A stretch of 24,000 bases of DNA from Phaeacidiphilus oryzae TH49 (lineage in GTDB: Bacteria > Actinomycetota > Actinomycetes > Streptomycetales > Streptomycetaceae), in the NCBI RefSeq assembly GCF_000744815.1, contig NZ_JQMQ01000005.1, positions 232,055 to 256,054 of the forward strand. The letters are read 5' to 3'. Shown here piece by piece: positions 1 through 9,716 of the stretch (its first letter is position 1; each line of letters opens with the position of its first letter). The notes below the pieces were generated by a model. That model ran no database searches, was not told the origin of the DNA, and saw only the letters and a list, made by a program, of their open reading frames with translations. A program made the translations under genes and the position numbers.

Positions 1-212
1 CGGTAATTCCGGGCCACCGGACGGAAATGCCCTCTCCCAAGTGGACGCGCCGCATTCATCGAACTCTTACCGGCCGGTCATTGGGAATCCATCCCTTCTA
101 CCCCCTCCACCTGCGCTTCATCCCTCAGGATCCGGACAATCCCGGCGCTTCGCACGAGGGCTTCACATCTCCTGCCGACGGCCCCCCGGCGAGCCCGCCG
201 GATTGATATCGA

Positions 213-1397
213 ATGCGTAATCCAACAGGTCACATCGTCATTACGAAGGCCGTTCGGCAGCCGGAGCACTCTGTCACACGCTGTAACGTCGAAAGGGTGC
301 GTAGTCAGAGGAATGAGGGAGCGGTACTGGACCGCCCCGCTTCGGGGAGGAACCAGCGGCCGCCGTCTCCGGAGTTGCGGTGGCCGCCGCTGAGCCGCAC
401 CCACAAGATCCTCTTCGCCGTGACCATCGCCTGCTACCTGGCGATCACGGTCGCGGTGCTGACCACGTCCTCCCTGGTCGCGCTGGACTGGCAGCTCTTC
501 ACCCTGAAGCCCTTCGAGCGCTTCCCGCAGTACTTCGACTTCTTCAACACCTACGTGATCCTGGGCCAGCGCGGCCCGACCGCGATCCTCGCCTTCGCCT
601 GGCTCTTCTGGCGCGCCTGGCGCACCCGCAGCTGGCGTCCGCCGCTGGTGATGGCGGTGACCCTGCTGCTGGTCAACGTCACGGCGGGGGCGGTCAAGAT
701 AGGCATAGGGCGCCTGGGCCCGCACTACGCCCATGTGGTCGGATCGGCCGCGCTCTTCCAGGGCGGCGACATCTTCCCGTCCGGGCACACCGCCAACGCC
801 GTCGCCACCTGGGGCGCGCTGGCGTACCTGGCCGTCCGGTGGCGGCGGATCGGCGGGGTGATCGCCGGCTTCCTCGGCGTGACCATCGGCCTGACCACGG
901 TGTACCTCGGCACCCACTGGTTCAGCGACGTCCTCGCGGGCTGGGCGGACGGTGCCCTGGTGCTCCTGCTGCTGCCGCTCTTCGAGCCGATCGTCTCCAG
1001 CACCGATGAACGGCTGCAGGACTGGTGGCGGCGGAGAGCCGAACTGCGGGCCACGGCCCTGCGCAAGCTGGGCGGACAGCCGGCCGCGGCGGCAGCCGGG
1101 GCTCGCGCTGGGGCCCGCACCGGGACGGCGCCGGCCGGGCGGGTTCCCGGCCCGGCGGGCGCCGGTCGCCGGACCGGGGCCGCGGGCGCCTCGGAGGCAC
1201 CACGCCCGGCCGGACCCACCGCCGCCCACCACGGCCGCGGCGCCGGCGGCGCGACGCACGGAGCTGCGCAGGGCGGCTCGGCGCAGGGTCGCGGGCACCA
1301 CAGACCCGAGATCCCCGGCCACGAGGGGGCCTCCGCCCACCCCGGGAGCCGGCGGCAGCGACCTCCGCGGCCGCGCGACCATAGCGGACATTCGTGA
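213..1397 (+). CDS. PAP2-superfamily integral membrane phosphatase with a long Ala/Gly/Arg/Pro-rich C-terminal tail
   Basis: The translation has several hydrophobic helices and the PAP2 motif set: AVKIGIGRLGP, FPSGHTANAV and LGTHWFSDVLAG (PSGH and HxxxD). GC3 becomes high only after about nt 330, so the true start is probably downstream of the ATG at 213. No convincing alternative start or RBS was found. The last ~130 aa are low-complexity and look disordered. Confidence 0.7.
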   Translation: MRNPTGHIVITKAVRQPEHSVTRCNVERVRSQRNEGAVLDRPASGRNQRPPSPELRWPPLSRTHKILFAVTIACYLAITVAVLTTSSLVALDWQLFTLKPFERFPQYFDFFNTYVILGQRGPTAILAFAWLFWRAWRTRSWRPPLVMAVTLLLVNVTAGAVKIGIGRLGPHYAHVVGSAALFQGGDIFPSGHTANAVATWGALAYLAVRWRRIGGVIAGFLGVTIGLTTVYLGTHWFSDVLAGWADGALVLLLLPLFEPIVSSTDERLQDWWRRRAELRATALRKLGGQPAAAAAGARAGARTGTAPAGRVPGPAGAGRRTGAAGASEAPRPAGPTAAHHGRGAGGATHGAAQGGSAQGRGHHRPEIPGHEGASAHPGSRRQRPPRPRDHSGHS

Positions 1398-2021
1398 CTT
1401 TGGTCATGTAACGCCCAGCTCGACGGTTCACCCATCCGGGTGGTCTCGCTCACAAGCCAGACCCTTCACCCAAATGTGGAGATTCCGTGTAATAGCGGCT
1501 CTCACGGAGTGACTTTCGGCGCTCCCGCCGCCCTTCCCGGCAATAGGCCACTCGGCGCACTCCGGGCGAAATTCGCCACCCCCGCGGAGTAGGCCGTCTC
1601 GGTCGCCGGAGATTTTCCGCGGCCCCTCCCTTACCCTCCCCTTGCCCGCCGGCCGGCATCCTGCCCGTATCCGGTCGGCATTATCCGCACTCGTACGGCG
1701 CAATCCCGGTTGAATCCCGTCGCCTTGTCGACCTGTCGGCCTCCACCGGGCGCCCCATCCGGCGGCCGGCGGCGGGGTTCGCCCCGTCCGCCCCTCCGCG
1801 CAGCCGCGGGCGGCGCGAGGACGACGATCAGGTCCGAGCCGGATGTCGGCAGATGCGGTCCGGCTGCGGCGGGAAGGCTTTGATCCACTGATCAGAACCG
1901 GTCATCCGGCTCGGTCCGCGGTCCCCCGCGCCTACCGTCGTGACATGTGGCAGTCCCAACCTGTCCGCATATGACCGCCCGATCGCCATCCACCGGTGCC
2001 TCATTGGAGGAGTACTTCCGT

Positions 2022-2396
2022 ATGCCGAACCTGGAGACCGCGCTCAAGGACGCCCTGGCCATCGACGGCGCCTTCGGCGTCGCCCTGGTCGACTACAACA
2101 GCGGCCTCGCCCTCGGTTCACTCGGCAACTCGCCCGATTTCGACCTGAACATCGCCGCCGCCGCCATCACCGACGTCGTCCGGGCGAAGCTGCGCGCCCT
2201 GGAGATGCTCAGCCTCCACCAGGAGGCACTGGAGGACATGCTGATCACCCTGTCCGGCCAGTACCACGTGGTCCGGCCGATGACCGCGCAGTCCGGCCAG
2301 GGCATCTTCCTCTACCTGGCCCTGGACCGGGCCCGGGCCAATCTCGCGCTGGCCCGCCACCAGATGAAGCTCATCGAGCAGTCGCTGGAGCTCTGA
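2022..2396 (+). CDS. Roadblock/LC7 (MglB-like) domain protein, standing alone
   Basis: The sequence ALAIDGAFGVALVDYNSGLALGSLG...ITDVVRAKLRALEML...LEDMLITLSGQYHVVRPM is typical of actinomycete Roadblock/LC7 (CvnB-like) proteins. The track ORF starts at 1947, but the ATG at 2022 has a GGAGG at 2006-2010, so 2022 is the preferred start. Confidence 0.7.
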   Translation: MPNLETALKDALAIDGAFGVALVDYNSGLALGSLGNSPDFDLNIAAAAITDVVRAKLRALEMLSLHQEALEDMLITLSGQYHVVRPMTAQSGQGIFLYLALDRARANLALARHQMKLIEQSLEL

Positions 2397-2427
2397 GGCG
2401 CTGAGCCCGGCCCGGAGGCCTCCCGGA

Positions 2428-3090
2428 TCACTCCACGTGCTCGGCGAAGGCCGCGATATGGCGGCGCAGCAGCTCCCCGGCCCGGTCGGCGGCGCCGGCC
2501 CGGGCCGCGTCCAGGATCTCCCGGTGCTCGGCCGCGTCCCGGTCCCATCCGGGGTGGGTCTCTCTGGCCGCGAGGGAGACCAGTGCCGCCTGGTCGCGCA
2601 GATCGTCCAGCATCCGCACCAGCAGCGGGTTGCCGCAGGGGAGGTAGAGCGCGCGATGGAAGTCCCGGTTCGCCTGGCTGCGGTCGGCGGGGTCGACCGC
2701 GACGTCGGCCGCCAGCAGGGCCTCCTCGGCGGCCGCCCACTCGACGCCGGCCAGCACCGTGCGGCGCAGCGCCTCCGGCTCCAGCAGCTGGCGGACGTCG
2801 CAGACGGACTGGGCCAGCGCCGCGTCCACCACCCGCACCTGCGCGCCCTTGTACTGGCTCATGGTGACCAGACCGGTGCCGGCCAGGGTCTTGAGCGCCT
2901 CCCGGACGGGGGTCTTGGACACCCCGAGTCGGGCCGCCAGCTCCGTCTCGACCAGCGGCTGCCCCTGCACCAGACGCCCGGTGAGGATCGCGTGCTTGAT
3001 GGATTCCAGCACCACCACCGTCCGCGAGGGAAGGGGGCCGGAGGACGGCCCCAGGCTCAGGGGCAGCGGCTCTGTGGTATCGCTGGGCAC
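2428..3090 (-). CDS. GntR-family transcriptional regulator, FadR/FCD subfamily
   Basis: It has an N-terminal winged HTH (LESIKHAILTGRLVQGQPLVETELAARLGVSKTPVREALKTLAGTGLV) and a C-terminal FCD-like helical domain (NRDFHRALYLPCGNPLLVRMLDDLRDQ). The start is a GTG at 3090 with no close Shine-Dalgarno sequence. Confidence 0.8.
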   Translation of the reverse strand: MPSDTTEPLPLSLGPSSGPLPSRTVVVLESIKHAILTGRLVQGQPLVETELAARLGVSKTPVREALKTLAGTGLVTMSQYKGAQVRVVDAALAQSVCDVRQLLEPEALRRTVLAGVEWAAAEEALLAADVAVDPADRSQANRDFHRALYLPCGNPLLVRMLDDLRDQAALVSLAARETHPGWDRDAAEHREILDAARAGAADRAGELLRRHIAAFAEHVE

Positions 3091-3129
3091 GGGCTGGACC
3101 CTAAGCCGCCCCTCCGCGGCGCGTCAACT

Positions 3130-3149
3130 CCCGCCCTGCTCAGGGCGGG
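3130..3149 (-). terminator. GC-rich hairpin just downstream of the last hopanoid-operon gene, a candidate intrinsic terminator
   Basis: CCCGCCCT (3130-3137) pairs with AGGGCGGG (3142-3149) across a 4-nt loop, giving a perfect 8-bp stem. It begins 13 nt after the aminotransferase stop at 3163. There is no clear U-tract, which is common in high-GC actinomycetes. Confidence 0.4.
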
Positions 3150-3162
3150 TTCTGACGCAGCG

Positions 3163-4620
3163 TCAGCCGCGGTTCGCCACCGCCTGCTTGATCAGCGTGC
3201 GGCCGAAGTCGCGCATCAGTCCGGTGCCGGCGTGGGCCTCGTCCATGATGCTCGTGAAGGCGTCGACGAAGCGGTCTGCCTCCTTCTCCCCCACGATCAG
3301 CGGCGGGATCAGCTTGATGACCTCGATGTTGTCCCCGGAGACCTGGGTGAGGATGCGGTGCCGCTGGAGCAGCGGGACCACCACCATCTGCGCGAACAGC
3401 CCCTTGCGGGCGGCCTGCAGGGCGGTCCAGCCGGTGCGCAGCTTCAGCGACTTGGGGCGGCCGAACTCGATGCCGATCATCAGCCCGCGGCCGCGGACGT
3501 CGGCCAGCATCTCGTAGCGGTCCTTGAGCGCCGCGAGCCGGCCGCGGAAGTAGTCGCCGGTGCGGCGGACGTGCTCGGTGATCCCCTCGTTCTCGATCAC
3601 GGTGAGCGCGGCCAGCCCCGCCGCCATCGCCTGGGCGTTGGAACCGAAGCTGGCCGAGTGGACCAGCACCCGGTCCATCGAGGAGTAGACCTTCTGGAAG
3701 ATCCAGTCCTTGCCCAGGGTGGCGCCGACCGGGATGTAGCCGCCGGAGAGTGCCTTGGCCGCGCAGACCAGGTCGGGCTCGACGCCCTCCTCGTGCTCGT
3801 AGGCCCAGAAGTCGCCGGTGCGGGCGATACCGGTCTGCACCTCGTCGGCGATCAGCAGCGCCTTATGCTTGTGCAGCAGGTCCTGGGCAGCCCGGAGGTA
3901 GCCGTCGGGGGCGATGTGGACGCCGTGGCCCTGGATCGGCTCCACGATCAGCGCGGCCACGTCGCCCCGGCGCAGTTCGCGTTCGAGCGCGTCCAGGTCG
4001 CCGAGGGGGACGGCGGTGTCCGGCAGCAGCGGGCTGAAGCCCTTGCGGAAGCTGTCGTCGCCGTTGACCGAGAGCGAGCCGGTGGTCAGGCCGTGGAAGG
4101 AGTGGGTGTTGTAGAGGATGCGGCTTTTGCCGGTGGCGCAGCGGGCGAACTTCAGGGCGGTCTCCACCGCCTCGGTGCCGCTGTTGCCGAAGAACACCCG
4201 GTCCAGGTGGGGGGCGTGGGAGAGGAGCTTCTCGGCGAGCAGCCCGGGCAGCGCCTCGCAGTGGAAGCGGGTGAGGTTGGGCAGGTCCAGCTCCATGACG
4301 TCCTCGATGGCCTTGCGCACCACCGGGTGGTGCCGGCCGAGGGCGAAGATCCCGAAACCGGCCAGCATGTCGAGGTAGTCGTTGCCCTCGGCGTCGTAGA
4401 AGTGCGCGCCCTCGGCCCGGGTGTAGGTCTTGTCGAAGCCGATGGTGTGCAGCATCCGCGGCAGCTGGTGGTTGAGGTACTTCGCGTGCAGCTGGTAGGC
4501 CTCCCCGCCGCGCGCCGCCAGCAGCGCCCCGATGTCGAAGCCGCCGGAGGCGCGGTCGCCGGTGGCCGGCGGGACCTCGGTCCCGGCGGGCGCTGCGGGA
4601 GCGGCCTGGTCAGATGCCAC
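3163..4620 (-). CDS. hpnO: Class-III PLP-dependent aminotransferase, likely the HpnO-type bacteriohopanepolyol side-chain aminotransferase
   Basis: It has ornithine/acetylornithine-aminotransferase-like motifs: [30 protein letters not shown] and the PLP lysine region [14 protein letters not shown]. It is the terminal gene of the hopanoid operon. The track ORF runs to 4680, but the GTG at 4620 follows AAGGAG by 9 nt and overlaps the dxs stop by 11 nt, so 4620 is preferred. Confidence 0.75.
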   Translation of the reverse strand: MASDQAAPAAPAGTEVPPATGDRASGGFDIGALLAARGGEAYQLHAKYLNHQLPRMLHTIGFDKTYTRAEGAHFYDAEGNDYLDMLAGFGIFALGRHHPVVRKAIEDVMELDLPNLTRFHCEALPGLLAEKLLSHAPHLDRVFFGNSGTEAVETALKFARCATGKSRILYNTHSFHGLTTGSLSVNGDDSFRKGFSPLLPDTAVPLGDLDALERELRRGDVAALIVEPIQGHGVHIAPDGYLRAAQDLLHKHKALLIADEVQTGIARTGDFWAYEHEEGVEPDLVCAAKALSGGYIPVGATLGKDWIFQKVYSSMDRVLVHSASFGSNAQAMAAGLAALTVIENEGITEHVRRTGDYFRGRLAALKDRYEMLADVRGRGLMIGIEFGRPKSLKLRTGWTALQAARKGLFAQMVVVPLLQRHRILTQVSGDNIEVIKLIPPLIVGEKEADRFVDAFTSIMDEAHAGTGLMRDFGRTLIKQAVANRG

Positions 4621-6658
4621 GGGAGGGGTCTCCTTCTTCGATCGGGGCGGCGGCCGCGGACCGGGCGAGGGTCTCGGCACGGGCGGAGCGGCGGGCGGCG
4701 GCGCGCTTGCGGGCGGCCGCCCGGCCGGCCGCGGCCCGCCGCTGTTCGCGCAGCAGGTCCGCGGTGGCGGAGGCGATCCCCGGGCCGGTGAGCCCGGCCT
4801 GCTCCAGGATCTCGTTCCGCGAGGCGTGGATCAGGAACTCCTGCGGGAGCCCCAGGTCGCGGGCGGGGGTGCGGACGCCGGCGTCGCGGATCGCCTGGGC
4901 GACGGCCGCGCCGGTGCCGGAGGCCCGGCCGCTGTCCTCGACGGTGACCACCATCCGGTGCCTGGCGGCGAGTTCGGGGATGGCGGGGTCGACGGGTTTG
5001 ACCCAGCGGGGGTCGACGACGGTGCAGCCGACGCCGTCCACGGCAAGCCGCTCGGCGGCGTCCAGGCAGGCCTCGGCGGTGGTGCCGACCGCGACCAGCA
5101 GCACGTCGGCGTCCAGGCCGTCCGCCGGCGCGGACCCGGACGCGGACGCCTTCGCCGGCGCCGCCGTACGGGCCAGCACATCCACGCCGCCGACCCGGTC
5201 GATCGCGGGGATGGCCGGGCCCACGGTGGCCTTGGGGTAGCGGAGCACGGTCGGGGCGTCGTCCACCTCCACCGCCTCGCGCAGCTCGGCGCGCAGCTGG
5301 TCGGCGTCGCGCGGGGCGGCGATCCGCAGCCCGGGGACGACCCGCAGGATGGAGAGGTCCCACATGCCGTTGTGGCTGGGCCCGTCGCTGCCGGTGGTGC
5401 CGGCACGGTCCAGGACGAAGGTGACGCCCAGCCGGTGCAGGGCAACGTCCATCAGCACCTGGTCGAAGGCCCGGTTGAGGAAGGTCGAGTAGACCGCGAA
5501 GACCGGGTGGAGCCCGCCGGTGGCCAGTCCTGCGGCGGAGACCGTGGCGTGCTGCTCGGCGATGCCGACGTCGTAGAAGCGGTCCGGGAACTCCTCGGCG
5601 AACCTGGTGAGCCCGAGCGGTCCCGGCATGGCCGCGGTGAGCGCGACGATGTCCTCCCGCTCGCGGGCCAGGGCTAGGAGCTCGCCGCCGAGCACCGAGG
5701 TCCAGGAGGTCCCGGAGGAGGCGGAGAGCGGCTTGCCGGTCTCCGGGTCGATCGCGCCGACCTGGTGGAAGTGGTCGGCCTGGTCCTCCTCGGCGGGTCG
5801 GTAGCCGCGGCCCTTCTCGGTGATGCAGTGGACGATCACCGGGCCGCCGAACCCCTTGGCCCGGCGCAGCGCCGACTCCACCGCCTGCTCGTCGTGGCCG
5901 TCCACCGGGCCGACGTACTTCAGCCCGAGGTCCTCGAACATCCCCTGCGGGGTGACCGCGTCCTTGTAGCCCTTCTTGGCCCCGTGGAGGGCGTCGTAGA
6001 GCGGGCCGCCGAGCAGCGGCGTGCGCTGGAGCTGCTCCTTCCCCCAGGAGAGGAAGCGCTCGTAGCCGCGGGAGGTGCGCAGGGTGGCGAGGTGGTCGGC
6101 GAGACCGCCGATGGTCGGCGAGTACGAGCGCTCGTTGTCGTTGACCACGATCACCACCGGGCGGTCCTCGGCCTCGGCGATGTTGTTGATCGCCTCCCAG
6201 GCCATCCCGCCGGTCAGCGCCCCGTCGCCGATCACCGCGACCACCGCGCGGTCGGTCCGGCCGCGCAGCTTGTTGGCCTTGGCCAGGCCGTCGGCGTAAC
6301 CGAGGACGGTGGAGGCGTGGGAGTTCTCGATCACGTCGTGCTCGGACTCGGCGCGGGACGGGTAGCCGGAGAGGCCGCCGGACTTCTTCAGCCGGGAGAA
6401 GTCCTGCCGCCCGGTCAGCAGCTTGTGCACATAGCACTGGTGGCCGGTGTCGAAGAGGATCCGGTCCTGCGGGGACTCGAAGACCCGGTGGAGGGCGATG
6501 GTCAGCTCGACCACCCCGAGGTTGGGGCCGAGGTGGCCGCCGGTCTTGGCCACCTCGCTGATCAGGAAGGACCGGATCTCCTCGGCGAGGTCGGGCAGTC
6601 GGTCCGCGGGAAGAGCGCGCAGGTCCTTGGGGCCGGTGATGGCGGGGAGGAGTGACAC
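4610..6658 (-). CDS. dxs: 1-deoxy-D-xylulose-5-phosphate synthase, the hopanoid-cluster copy
   Basis: The sequence is unmistakably Dxs: [36 protein letters not shown], the ThDP motif [18 protein letters not shown] and the transketolase-like C-terminal half. A GTG start at 6658 follows GAAGGTGAG. It carries an unusual ~45-aa Arg/Ala-rich C-terminal tail. Confidence 0.95.
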   Translation of the reverse strand: MSLLPAITGPKDLRALPADRLPDLAEEIRSFLISEVAKTGGHLGPNLGVVELTIALHRVFESPQDRILFDTGHQCYVHKLLTGRQDFSRLKKSGGLSGYPSRAESEHDVIENSHASTVLGYADGLAKANKLRGRTDRAVVAVIGDGALTGGMAWEAINNIAEAEDRPVVIVVNDNERSYSPTIGGLADHLATLRTSRGYERFLSWGKEQLQRTPLLGGPLYDALHGAKKGYKDAVTPQGMFEDLGLKYVGPVDGHDEQAVESALRRAKGFGGPVIVHCITEKGRGYRPAEEDQADHFHQVGAIDPETGKPLSASSGTSWTSVLGGELLALAREREDIVALTAAMPGPLGLTRFAEEFPDRFYDVGIAEQHATVSAAGLATGGLHPVFAVYSTFLNRAFDQVLMDVALHRLGVTFVLDRAGTTGSDGPSHNGMWDLSILRVVPGLRIAAPRDADQLRAELREAVEVDDAPTVLRYPKATVGPAIPAIDRVGGVDVLARTAAPAKASASGSAPADGLDADVLLVAVGTTAEACLDAAERLAVDGVGCTVVDPRWVKPVDPAIPELAARHRMVVTVEDSGRASGTGAAVAQAIRDAGVRTPARDLGLPQEFLIHASRNEILEQAGLTGPGIASATADLLREQRRAAAGRAAARKRAAARRSARAETLARSAAAAPIEEGDPSRGI

Positions 6659-6754
6659 GGACTCACCTTCGTTCAGAGAGGTTGCGCGACTTCTTGTCGA
6701 CGGGAGGGGGGCTGACGGGCCGCGGCCCCTGCCGCGCGGCTCGCGGGGCGGTGG

Positions 6755-7908
6755 TCAGGCGACGGGGGTGACGACGGGTTCGCCCTCGGCGTCGACGCCC
6801 ATCTCCTCGGCCAGCTTCATCGCCTCGTCGATCAACGTCTCCACGATCTTCGACTCCGGCACCGTCTTGATCACCTCACCGCGCACGAAGATCTGCCCCT
6901 TGCCGTTCCCCGACGCCACCCCCAGATCCGCCTCACGCGCCTCACCCGGCCCGTTCACCACACACCCCATCACCGCCACCCGCAACGGCACCTTCAACCC
7001 GTCCAGGCCGGCGGTGACCTCCTCCGCCAACTTGTACACATCCACCTGCGCCCGCCCGCACGACGGACACGACACGATCTCAAGCCCCCGCTGCCGCAAC
7101 CCCAACGACTCCAGGATCTGCGACCCGACCTTCACCTCCTCCACCGGAGGCGCCGACAAAGACACCCGGATCGTGTCCCCGATCCCCTCCGCCAGCAACG
7201 CCCCGAACGCCACCGCCGACTTGATCGTCCCCTGGAACGCCGGACCCGCCTCCGTCACCCCCAGATGCAACGGATAATCACACGCCGCCGCCAACTGCCG
7301 ATACGCATTGATCATCACCACCGGATCGTTGTGCTTCACCGAGATCTTGATATCCCGGAACCCGTGCTCCTCGAAGAGCGAGCACTCCCACAACGCCGAC
7401 TCCACCAACGCCTCCGGCGTGGCCCGCCCGTACTTCTCCAGCAACCGCTTGTCCAACGACCCCGCGTTCACCCCGATCCGGATCGGCACCCCCGCCCCCG
7501 ACGCCGCCCTCGCGATCTCCCGCACCTTGTCGTCGAACTGCCGGATGTTCCCCGGATTCACCCGCACCGCCGCACACCCGCATCGATCGCGGCGAACACG
7601 TACTTCGGCTGGAAATGAATATCCGCGATCACCGGAATCGGCGACTTCCGCGCGATCGCCGGCAACGCCTCCGCATCATCCTGCGACGGCACCGCCACCC
7701 GCACGATCTGACACCCCGACGCCGTCAACTCCGCGATCTGCTGCAACGTCGCATTCACATCCGTCGTCGGCGTCGTGGTCATCGACTGCACCGACACCGG
7801 CGCACCCCCACCCACCGGCACCGAACCCACCATGATCTGACGACTCAACCGCCGCTCAGCCAACGGCTGCGGCGGGACGGACGGCATTCCGAGGGATACA
7901 GCGGTCAT
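6755..7908 (-). pseudogene. ispG: 4-hydroxy-3-methylbut-2-enyl diphosphate synthase (IspG/GcpE), split into two ORFs as assembled by a 1-nt frameshift near 7577-7579
   Basis: The N-terminal ORF (7558-7923; true ATG at 7908, after GAGGTG) ends ...[19 protein letters not shown]. The C-terminal ORF (6755-7567) begins [14 protein letters not shown] and carries CPSCGR and [10 protein letters not shown]. Adding one base after GCG-GG restores the contiguous sequence ...[18 protein letters not shown]. This could be a sequencing indel in a homopolymer or a real pseudogene. Confidence 0.85.
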
Positions 7909-7988
7909 GGCAGGACACCTCAATCAAGCGGTCGTACGCGGAACTCGGGTGCGGGGGGGGCGAGGGGCGGCGCGGGATCGGCCGCTCG

Positions 7989-9014
7989 TCAGACGCGGTT
8001 GGCGAGGACGGTCTCCTTGGCGCTGCGGATGGTGTCCCGCAGCGAGCCCATGGTGGCCAGGACCGCCGTCGGCTCGTAGCCGCAGTGCGCCATGCAGTTC
8101 TCGCACCGCGGGTCCTTGCCCCGGCCGTACTTGGACCAGTCGGTCTCCTCGACCAGTTCCCGGTAGGTCGGGACGTAGCCGTCCGCCATCAGGTAGCAGG
8201 GGCGCTGCCAGCCGAAGAGGGAGTAGTTGGGGATCCCCCAGGCGGTGCACTCGTAGTCCACCTTGCCCTCGAGGAAGTCCAGGAAGAGCGGCGAGTGGTT
8301 GAGCCGCCACTTCTTCCGGCGACCGTCGGCGAAGGACTTCTTGAACAGCTCGCGGGTCTGCTGGACGCCGAGGAAGTGCTCCTGGTCGGGGGCCTTCTCA
8401 TAGGCGTAGCCGGGCGAGATCATCATCTCGTCGACCTTGAGCTCGTCGTTGAGGTAGTCCAGCACCTCGATGACGGTCTGCGGGGTGTCGGTGTTGAAGA
8501 AGGTCGAGTTGGTGGTGACCCGGAAGCCCCGCCGCTTGGCCTCCTTGATGGCCTCCACCGCCTCGTCGAAGGTGCCCTCCTTGGCCACCGAGGCGTCGTG
8601 CCGCTCGCGCAGGCCGTCGATGTGGACGGTGAAGGCGAAGTACGGCGACGGGGTGAACTTGTCCAGCTTCTTCCGCATCAGCAGCGCGTTGGTGCAGAGG
8701 AAGACGTACTTCTTCTTCTCCACCAGCTGCCGGACGATCTCGTCGATCTGCGGGTGCATCAGCGGCTCTCCGCCGGCGATGGAGACCATCGGCGCGCCGG
8801 ACTCCAGCACCGCGCCGACCGCCTGGGCGACCGGCATCCGCTGCTTGAGTACTCCGGCCGGGTGCTGGATCTTTCCGCAGCCCTCGCACTTCAGGTTGCA
8901 GGCAAAAAGCGGTTCGAGCTCCACCAGCAGTGGAAACTTCTCGCGCCGCTTCAGCAGTTTCTGCTGCATCAGGTAGGTGCCGATCCGCATGGACTGGCGC
9001 AGCGGCATGGCCAT
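7989..9014 (-). CDS. hpnH: Radical-SAM adenosylhopane synthase (hopanoid side-chain extension)
   Basis: It has the CxxxCxxC radical-SAM cluster motif (FACNLKCEGCGKIQHP) and a C-terminal Cys-rich region (RCENCMAHCGYEP). It sits next to shc and hpnG. AAGGAG lies 8 nt upstream of the ATG at 9014. Confidence 0.9.
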   Translation of the reverse strand: MAMPLRQSMRIGTYLMQQKLLKRREKFPLLVELEPLFACNLKCEGCGKIQHPAGVLKQRMPVAQAVGAVLESGAPMVSIAGGEPLMHPQIDEIVRQLVEKKKYVFLCTNALLMRKKLDKFTPSPYFAFTVHIDGLRERHDASVAKEGTFDEAVEAIKEAKRRGFRVTTNSTFFNTDTPQTVIEVLDYLNDELKVDEMMISPGYAYEKAPDQEHFLGVQQTRELFKKSFADGRRKKWRLNHSPLFLDFLEGKVDYECTAWGIPNYSLFGWQRPCYLMADGYVPTYRELVEETDWSKYGRGKDPRCENCMAHCGYEPTAVLATMGSLRDTIRSAKETVLANRV

Positions 9015-9026
9015 CAGGCGTGCTCC

Positions 9027-9716
9027 TTAGGAAGGACGTTCAAGTAGAGGTGAGGGCAGGGGATGCGGGTCGCGGTACCAGGCGCCGAGCGCGGGCCCCA
9101 GCCGGCGCAGCACCCGCCAGGCGCGCAGGCCGCCGGTGAGGGTGGCCGGCCGGAGGAGCTCGCGCTCGGGGGTGTCGACCACCACGCGCAGCGCCGCGAC
9201 GGGGAGTTCGGGCCGCAGGTTCCGGGCGGCCCGCAGGGCGGCGGCGGTCTCCATGTCGACGCCGAGCACCCCGCGCTCGGACAGCGCGGAGCGCGCGTCG
9301 CCGCGCACCACCCGGTCCGCGGAGTAGAGCGGGCCCGTGTGCACGGTGCACCCGGCCCTCTCCAGGGCGTCGACGAGCGACTTCACGCCACTCGTCGCAC
9401 CAGCCGTACCGTCCGCATCCTCCACCTCATCGGCAACCAGGACGTCACCCGGCCGTACTCCCGGCCGGACGGCCGCCCCGAATCCCACGAAAGCCAGTGC
9501 GCCATACGGGAGTTGACGCGTCGTCAACTCCGCGCGCACGGACCGGCCGCTGCGCTGGGGACCCATCCCGGTGCACAGCAGCCGTACCTCGGGGCCCGGC
9601 CCCGGCCCGTCGCCGCCCGGCGCCCCGTCCGCACGGGCGACCGCCCGCGCGACGGGGCGCAGCGCCACGCGCTCCGCGGAGAGCGCGCAGGCCAGCAGCA
9701 ACGGACCGGCGGTCAT
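9027..9716 (-). CDS. hpnG: Hopanoid-associated phosphorylase/nucleosidase (PNP_UDP_1 family; adenosylhopane nucleosidase)
   Basis: Only the last 229 codons of the 763-aa track ORF look real. They run from MTAGPLLLACALSAE... through ...GVDMETAAAL..., a nucleoside-phosphorylase-like core. The ATG at 9716 overlaps the shc stop as ATGA. The TAA stop at 9027 is 12 nt before the hpnH start. Confidence 0.8.
   Translation of the reverse strand: MTAGPLLLACALSAERVALRPVARAVARADGAPGGDGPGPGPEVRLLCTGMGPQRSGRSVRAELTTRQLPYGALAFVGFGAAVRPGVRPGDVLVADEVEDADGTAGATSGVKSLVDALERAGCTVHTGPLYSADRVVRGDARSALSERGVLGVDMETAAALRAARNLRPELPVAALRVVVDTPERELLRPATLTGGLRAWRVLRRLGPALGAWYRDPHPLPSPLLERPS

Noticed and set aside
1702-1718. 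The sequence AATCCCGGTTGAATCCC, which resembles a tRNA T-loop (GGTTCGAATCC-like).
   Set aside because: The flanks do not form a T-stem, acceptor stem or anticodon arm. It is just an AATCCC direct repeat in intergenic DNA.
2437-4791. A 784-aa ORF on the + strand, together with similar giants at 4152-6437 (-), 9497-11791 (+), 12106-15132 (+), 17265-19211 (+) and 19907-21223 (+).
   Set aside because: These lie antisense to, or out of frame with, genes that have unmistakable homology (aminotransferase, dxs, shc, hpnE/hpnD, GT2 and others). Their translations are Arg/Pro/Gly/Ala-rich low-complexity strings with no motifs. They are the usual stop-codon-poor shadow ORFs of very high-GC DNA.
7558-7580. 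Programmed ribosomal frameshifting as an explanation for the ispG and polyprenyl-synthase frame breaks.
   Set aside because: I found no slippery heptamer or downstream stimulatory structure, and neither gene family is known to use recoding. Both sites are simple C/G homopolymers, so sequencing error or mutation is more parsimonious.
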